IMG/VR virus record: IMGVR_UViG_3300048837_000408
Coordinates: 1 to 62,620 of that record
DNA from: a virus
Lineage: Duplodnaviria; Caudoviricetes
Strand: one strand, 5' to 3'
Length of the DNA stretch: 62,620 nucleotides
Positions 58,171 through 62,620 of the stretch are shown here, piece by piece (position 1 is the stretch's first letter; the number at the start of each line of letters is the position of its first letter). The position numbers and the translations under genes are program-made. The notes under the pieces are model-generated. The model was not told the DNA's origin, searched no databases, and saw only the letters and a list, made by a program, of their open reading frames with translations.

Positions 58171-59193
58171 ATGGCAAAGAAAAAGAACACCTTCAATTGG
58201 GGTGATGGGAAAGCTCCGAAGAAACCAAGTTGGGTCAATTCGAACCGAACTGTCCAGCCTATTGTGGACACGGAGAAGCGTCAGTTTAATAACCCCAACC
58301 TGCGTACTGTGACGACTGTAAAGAAACCTACCCTGGATAAGACTTACTATAAGACGGGGGATCAGGGCTTGCACTTCTTCAACTGGGGGACGCAGAAACA
58401 CCAAACGGGCGGATCATTGGCAGGTGGGATCAATGACTACCTGATGAGTGCTGGACTGATCTCTAATGATCCAACCAATCCTGGTGGTGGGGGTGGAAGT
58501 GGTGGTTATGATTGGAGCGGTGGAGGGGGCGGGGGAGGAGAGTCTGCTCCAATCCCAGTTACCTGGGAAGCCTTTGATGCCAACATCGCCGGTGCACCGT
58601 CCTGGTGGAAAGCTCTGAAGCCATCGGAAACCAATGAGGCTACCGAGTATCTGGCGGCGACCAATATGTTGATCCCCTTCCTGTCCCCGGAGGATCAGCG
58701 TCAGGTGGCATCGAATTTATACCAGCAAGATCCAACCAACTTCGCCCACCTGAATCCTGAAACCATGGATAAGGTCAATGACCAGACGATACCCTTTGTA
58801 CCGCCTTCCGCCCTGACCACTGGACTGCGCCAACAGTTCACTTCCGGGGAACGGGCGAGTAATGCTCTGCAAGCTCTATCACAGTTGGCTGGAGCTACGG
58901 GTAAGACAGATGCGGAACTTGGACCGGGTTATCGGTATCTACGTTCGATCCTGAATGTAGGTTCCCAGTTTGGGGGAACCGGATCGAATATGCAAACCCG
59001 CCGTCAGCAGTTGAACGCGATGGGGGCACTTGATCCGTTGATGTCCCAGAGCCAGCAGCAGTCATTGAACGCTTATGGGCCACTGGCGCGAATGTTATCC
59101 CAGCCTTATTTCTCAGCAGGTCAGTTGGTTCCCATGCAGCGCACGCAGGATGGGCGGTACGTCTTTGGTGAGGCAAACAAGGAACTCTTATAA
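58171..59193 (+). CDS. Probable internal virion (ejection) protein
   Basis: Gly/Gln/Asn-rich, Cys-free, directly before the giant gene. Confidence 0.5.
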   Translation: MAKKKNTFNWGDGKAPKKPSWVNSNRTVQPIVDTEKRQFNNPNLRTVTTVKKPTLDKTYYKTGDQGLHFFNWGTQKHQTGGSLAGGINDYLMSAGLISNDPTNPGGGGGSGGYDWSGGGGGGGESAPIPVTWEAFDANIAGAPSWWKALKPSETNEATEYLAATNMLIPFLSPEDQRQVASNLYQQDPTNFAHLNPETMDKVNDQTIPFVPPSALTTGLRQQFTSGERASNALQALSQLAGATGKTDAELGPGYRYLRSILNVGSQFGGTGSNMQTRRQQLNAMGALDPLMSQSQQQSLNAYGPLARMLSQPYFSAGQLVPMQRTQDGRYVFGEANKELL

Positions 59194-59195
59194 AT

Positions 59196-62100
59196 ATGGC
59201 ATCCAAAGTCTTAGAGAATTTATTCAAGAAACCGAATCTCATTCAACGGGCATTGAAGCCGGGTCAGTCTGTCACCCCGAAGTTTTGGGAACAGGCGGAT
59301 TTTTATGACACCCTCAATCAATCCCGTCAGGATCGGGGCGATCCGCCTGTGTATGAGCCACAGGTCAAGATGGGGGATCGGTTGTTCTATGATCCCACCT
59401 TCAAGTCTGTCACCACGCGCTCATCTGGTCAGCCCCTCTTTTGGGATCAGTCAACCAATCAATATTCTTTGAAATCAACGGGCGTACCTGCCGTATATAA
59501 GGGTGAAACCAATTATCAGATTGGGGATCAGCCCGCCACGTTCACCAAGAACCAACCCACTGTCTCGAAGGAAGTCAAGGCGGGGGATAAGTTATATTAC
59601 AATCCGCAGGTAGGAGAGATTACCAATGTCGCAACTCAATACCCGGTCTATGAAAGAGTCGGTAAAGACGGCGTTTCAGAATGGTCGCTCGAAGGGGACC
59701 AGCAGGCCCTCTACCGGAACATTGTCGAAAAGAAAGAGGAGCCGGATGCGGTCTACACGCCGGGGCTGACAGGTGCGCCTACCCCACAGACCGTAGATAA
59801 GTATGGTAGTGCAGGGTTGAATTATTTCAAGACCGTCTGGAATCCGCGCAATGGATTGTGGCAGAACGCTGTCGATAACTTTGAACTGAGTACCGAGAAA
59901 CTAAAGCGGATGGGGTTCTATCTCAGCGAGGGATCGAATGCCACGATGGGGTTCCTATCTGGGGTAGCACAGGGTCCGGGGTTGGATCTGGCGCGGGGGA
60001 TCTGGTCAGGGTTGGCGGGTGTTGGACAGTGGTTGGGCACGAAGGGAGCCATCAAGATTGGCTCAGGTAATTTGAGTGAGGAACAGCAGAACCTTTTGGC
60101 TGCTCAGGGTGTCGCTGGCATCCAGGCCATGACGCCGGGGAAACGGGCAGCTTTGATTGAGTTGGAGAAAGTGAAGCGGTTACAGAACCCCGATTCAATG
60201 TCAGGTGGGGATGAGGCTCTGGTTCCCGTCAAGAAAGGAACGACTGATCGGATCGCTAACCGGGACTTACGAGAGTCCCTGGACTCTGATTCGGTGGAGT
60301 GGTTGGATCAGGCCGACTATCGCAGGGAGCGAATGGAGAACACCTTCGATCAGTCCCGCCAGTATTTTGAGAGTTTTGGGAAACAGATTTCGGGAGAACA
60401 GGAAGACCGGACTGTGACTCTGGCGCGTCAGTATGGGATTGCCATTCCTGAAGGTAAGTCGTACATGGAGCGTAGGCAAGTCCCCATCGAACTGCGCCAG
60501 AAACTTTATGAGAAGTCGCAGGAAATTCGAGGGCGGGCTTATCAAGAGGTGGGAACCAATCCTGTACAGGCAATTGAATCCCTGAAGGAGTCCATTCAGT
60601 TGGAGCGATCTGCGGGGGGTAAGTCGGGGGTATTTGATCCCTACTTTGCCTTCACCTGGGTATCCAACCCGGATGCGGAAGATAAGTACCTGTCTTCAGT
60701 AGCGCAGATGGAACTCACCTTGGGACGCCCCCTGTCTCGTTACGAGATGTGGAAAGCGCGGGATGCCTTTGTCGATCCTTGGCAAGAGGGGATAGGTGAA
60801 ACCATTTTCGACTTCACCAATCTTATTTCTTTGCCAGTTATTGATGACATCATCCCGGCTGTGTTCAAGGGTATCAAGACGATGGGAGCCAAGACCTTGA
60901 ATGGGATTATCAAGGCTCCGGTGGTGGGACAGTTCGTGGAGTATATCGGGGGACGGGCTGTACGCTCACAGGCTACTCGCTACGCCTCGGATATGACCGA
61001 CATTTTGATGGGGGTAGCAGAGTCCACCCGCAACCGCTCGGGTAATCGTTTTGAATTATTCCAGGGTAACCTTGAGAAGATTGGTAAGGCAATTGAATCC
61101 GGTCTACCTGCGGAGGTCAACATCGTTCGTGAGCTAGGCTTACCCTCCACTATTGCCGGTCGCCAGGAACGGGTATTGTTGGGGTTATCGAACGCTTTTG
61201 AAGGTACACTGAAGGTGGCAGATAATCAGGTGGAATTGAAGGATGCCATTCGTAAGGGCTTACGTCCGGGTGAGTGGACGATGCTGGCGGATGACGCCCG
61301 TAAGGAACTCCGGGGTAAGTTCTATAAAGTGGAACGCCCGAAGATCGAAAAGAATTTCCAGTTACCGGATCGGGATGTCAAGTGGCAGCAGTTCTATGAT
61401 GCTCAATTAGCCAAGACCAATGATGTGGATGCCCGCTTCTTTGCAGATGAGGAAATCCGTAAGCTGGAGGAAGCCGGGATTGAGAAGGCGGCTGGAGATG
61501 CAGCCGACAAATTGGTGGAACGCAATCTGGAACAGATCGTGCCTATTATGTCCTCGCGGTTCCGGGAAGGCTACCTTCAGGTCAATCGACCTGTGAAGCA
61601 ATCCTTACTCGGGAAGATGGCTGATAGTTTTCTGAGCACCTGGACAAAGTTTGTACTATCCGCCCGTCCCGCCTGGGTGGTGAATAACTACCTGGATAAC
61701 TCATTTCGCTATCTGGTTCATGGGGGTAATCCATTCCAGGTGATTGATGTGCTGCGGGCGGACACCATTCAGAAGTTATTGAGTGAGGGATTGCTACCTT
61801 CTCGTATGATGTACACCTTTGCTCGGGCAGAACTGGAGCGGGGCGGAGAGACAGTGGTACAGGTGTTGGCGCGGGGTGGGTCGTTTGGTAAAACCAGTAC
61901 GGCCCTGGACTTCTTTACTCACGCTGCCGAACAGTCTATTGAGAAGCGTTCGCAAGAACTGGATAAGTTATTGATTGAGAAGCCAGCCGGTGCGATCACC
62001 AATTTCCTGCGCCGGATCAAGAGTGGGGCGGGAGTATTCTCAGACAGCTTGACAGATGGTGTTTCGGACTGGAACGCGGCGATTGAGGCAGCATTTAGCG

Positions 62101-62620
62101 TGCGGATGTTTGATGATACCTTCCAGAAGAATATGACCAAGTTGAATGGATGGGGGCGAGGTCAGCTAGAGGAAATGCTACGGGTGAAGGGGGCATCGGA
62201 TAGCGCGGTACGATTTGCTCTACAAAGTTGGGATGCTCTTGCTACCAATCCCGATCAGTTACGCGCTATGCTGAAGTCTATGCGGGCGGGTAGCGGGGAT
62301 GTGATTGGTTATATGATCCCATCCCGCGAACTGTCAGAGGCAATGGAAGGTGTGACGCCTGAACTGCGCGATCAGTTCATCTCGGATGTGTCGGATAAAT
62401 TGCTACGGGCGATGGAGAACTCCCGCCTGAACAATGAAGTCTTTGAGCCTGGGAAGTTCTTTGACGATCTGATCAAGGACTTTGACGGCAAGAAGCCCGC
62501 TATCCTGAATACACCTGACTTGCGTGATCCACCTGATATGCAAAACGTGGCGAACAAATTAGATGGTGCTCCCGATCCTGCTCCTACGCCGAACAGTGAG
62601 CCAAAGGTAGCGGCTCCTAG
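59196..62620 (+). CDS. N-terminal third of the giant internal virion protein (continues to 6005)
   Basis: ATG 59196 (MASKVLENLF) opens a frame with no stop that I could find up to the window end; contains WTKFVLSARPAWVVNN; missed by the ORF track. Confidence 0.85.
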   Translation, partial: MASKVLENLFKKPNLIQRALKPGQSVTPKFWEQADFYDTLNQSRQDRGDPPVYEPQVKMGDRLFYDPTFKSVTTRSSGQPLFWDQSTNQYSLKSTGVPAVYKGETNYQIGDQPATFTKNQPTVSKEVKAGDKLYYNPQVGEITNVATQYPVYERVGKDGVSEWSLEGDQQALYRNIVEKKEEPDAVYTPGLTGAPTPQTVDKYGSAGLNYFKTVWNPRNGLWQNAVDNFELSTEKLKRMGFYLSEGSNATMGFLSGVAQGPGLDLARGIWSGLAGVGQWLGTKGAIKIGSGNLSEEQQNLLAAQGVAGIQAMTPGKRAALIELEKVKRLQNPDSMSGGDEALVPVKKGTTDRIANRDLRESLDSDSVEWLDQADYRRERMENTFDQSRQYFESFGKQISGEQEDRTVTLARQYGIAIPEGKSYMERRQVPIELRQKLYEKSQEIRGRAYQEVGTNPVQAIESLKESIQLERSAGGKSGVFDPYFAFTWVSNPDAEDKYLSSVAQMELTLGRPLSRYEMWKARDAFVDPWQEGIGETIFDFTNLISLPVIDDIIPAVFKGIKTMGAKTLNGIIKAPVVGQFVEYIGGRAVRSQATRYASDMTDILMGVAESTRNRSGNRFELFQGNLEKIGKAIESGLPAEVNIVRELGLPSTIAGRQERVLLGLSNAFEGTLKVADNQVELKDAIRKGLRPGEWTMLADDARKELRGKFYKVERPKIEKNFQLPDRDVKWQQFYDAQLAKTNDVDARFFADEEIRKLEEAGIEKAAGDAADKLVERNLEQIVPIMSSRFREGYLQVNRPVKQSLLGKMADSFLSTWTKFVLSARPAWVVNNYLDNSFRYLVHGGNPFQVIDVLRADTIQKLLSEGLLPSRMMYTFARAELERGGETVVQVLARGGSFGKTSTALDFFTHAAEQSIEKRSQELDKLLIEKPAGAITNFLRRIKSGAGVFSDSLTDGVSDWNAAIEAAFSVRMFDDTFQKNMTKLNGWGRGQLEEMLRVKGASDSAVRFALQSWDALATNPDQLRAMLKSMRAGSGDVIGYMIPSRELSEAMEGVTPELRDQFISDVSDKLLRAMENSRLNNEVFEPGKFFDDLIKDFDGKKPAILNTPDLRDPPDMQNVANKLDGAPDPAPTPNSEPKVAAP
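62494..62620. repeat. 127-bp direct terminal overlap, copy 2
   Basis: Identical to 1-127. Confidence 0.97.

Noticed and set aside
62494-62620. 127-bp terminal repeat as a biological DTR
   Set aside because: It falls mid-gene and its length equals a common assembler k-mer; best read as circular overlap
1-62620. tRNA or rRNA genes; integrase/repressor module
   Set aside because: No cloverleaf with T-loop consensus and no recombinase or CI-like motifs seen by eye; tRNAscan-SE and HMM searches would be needed to exclude them

Overview
The window is a complete, circularly assembled dsDNA bacteriophage genome of 62,493 bp; bases 1-127 are repeated at 62494-62620. It is podovirus-like and has no recognisable integrase or repressor. 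A monoderm host such as Chloroflexota is a guess from the GH25 lysin plus holin and the absence of obvious spanins. Layout: (i) a + strand late region of about 50.8 kb through the junction to 20.5 kb with a glycosidase/LamG protein, TerL, portal, internal virion proteins, scaffold, N4-gp56-like capsid, tail adaptor/nozzle/fibre and lysis genes, interrupted by two antisense LAGLIDADG genes; (ii) a - strand replication block at 20.5-36.5 kb (RuvC-like, RecA-like, UDG-like, PolA, two DNA MTases, DnaB-like helicase, primase, SSB-like, SNF2-like helicase); (iii) RNase H, a 21-bp periodic repeat array, a promoter-linked structured element and an RNA ligase at 36.6-38.2 kb; (iv) a - strand early/anti-defence region at 38-45.7 kb and a divergent + strand region at 46.3-50.6 kb. 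The most striking signal is an apparently intact GGDEF diguanylate-cyclase domain inside a ~3,100-aa putative ejected virion protein, in a genome that also encodes an Acb2/Tad1-like nucleotide-sponge candidate. All calls come from motif recognition by eye; no searches were run.
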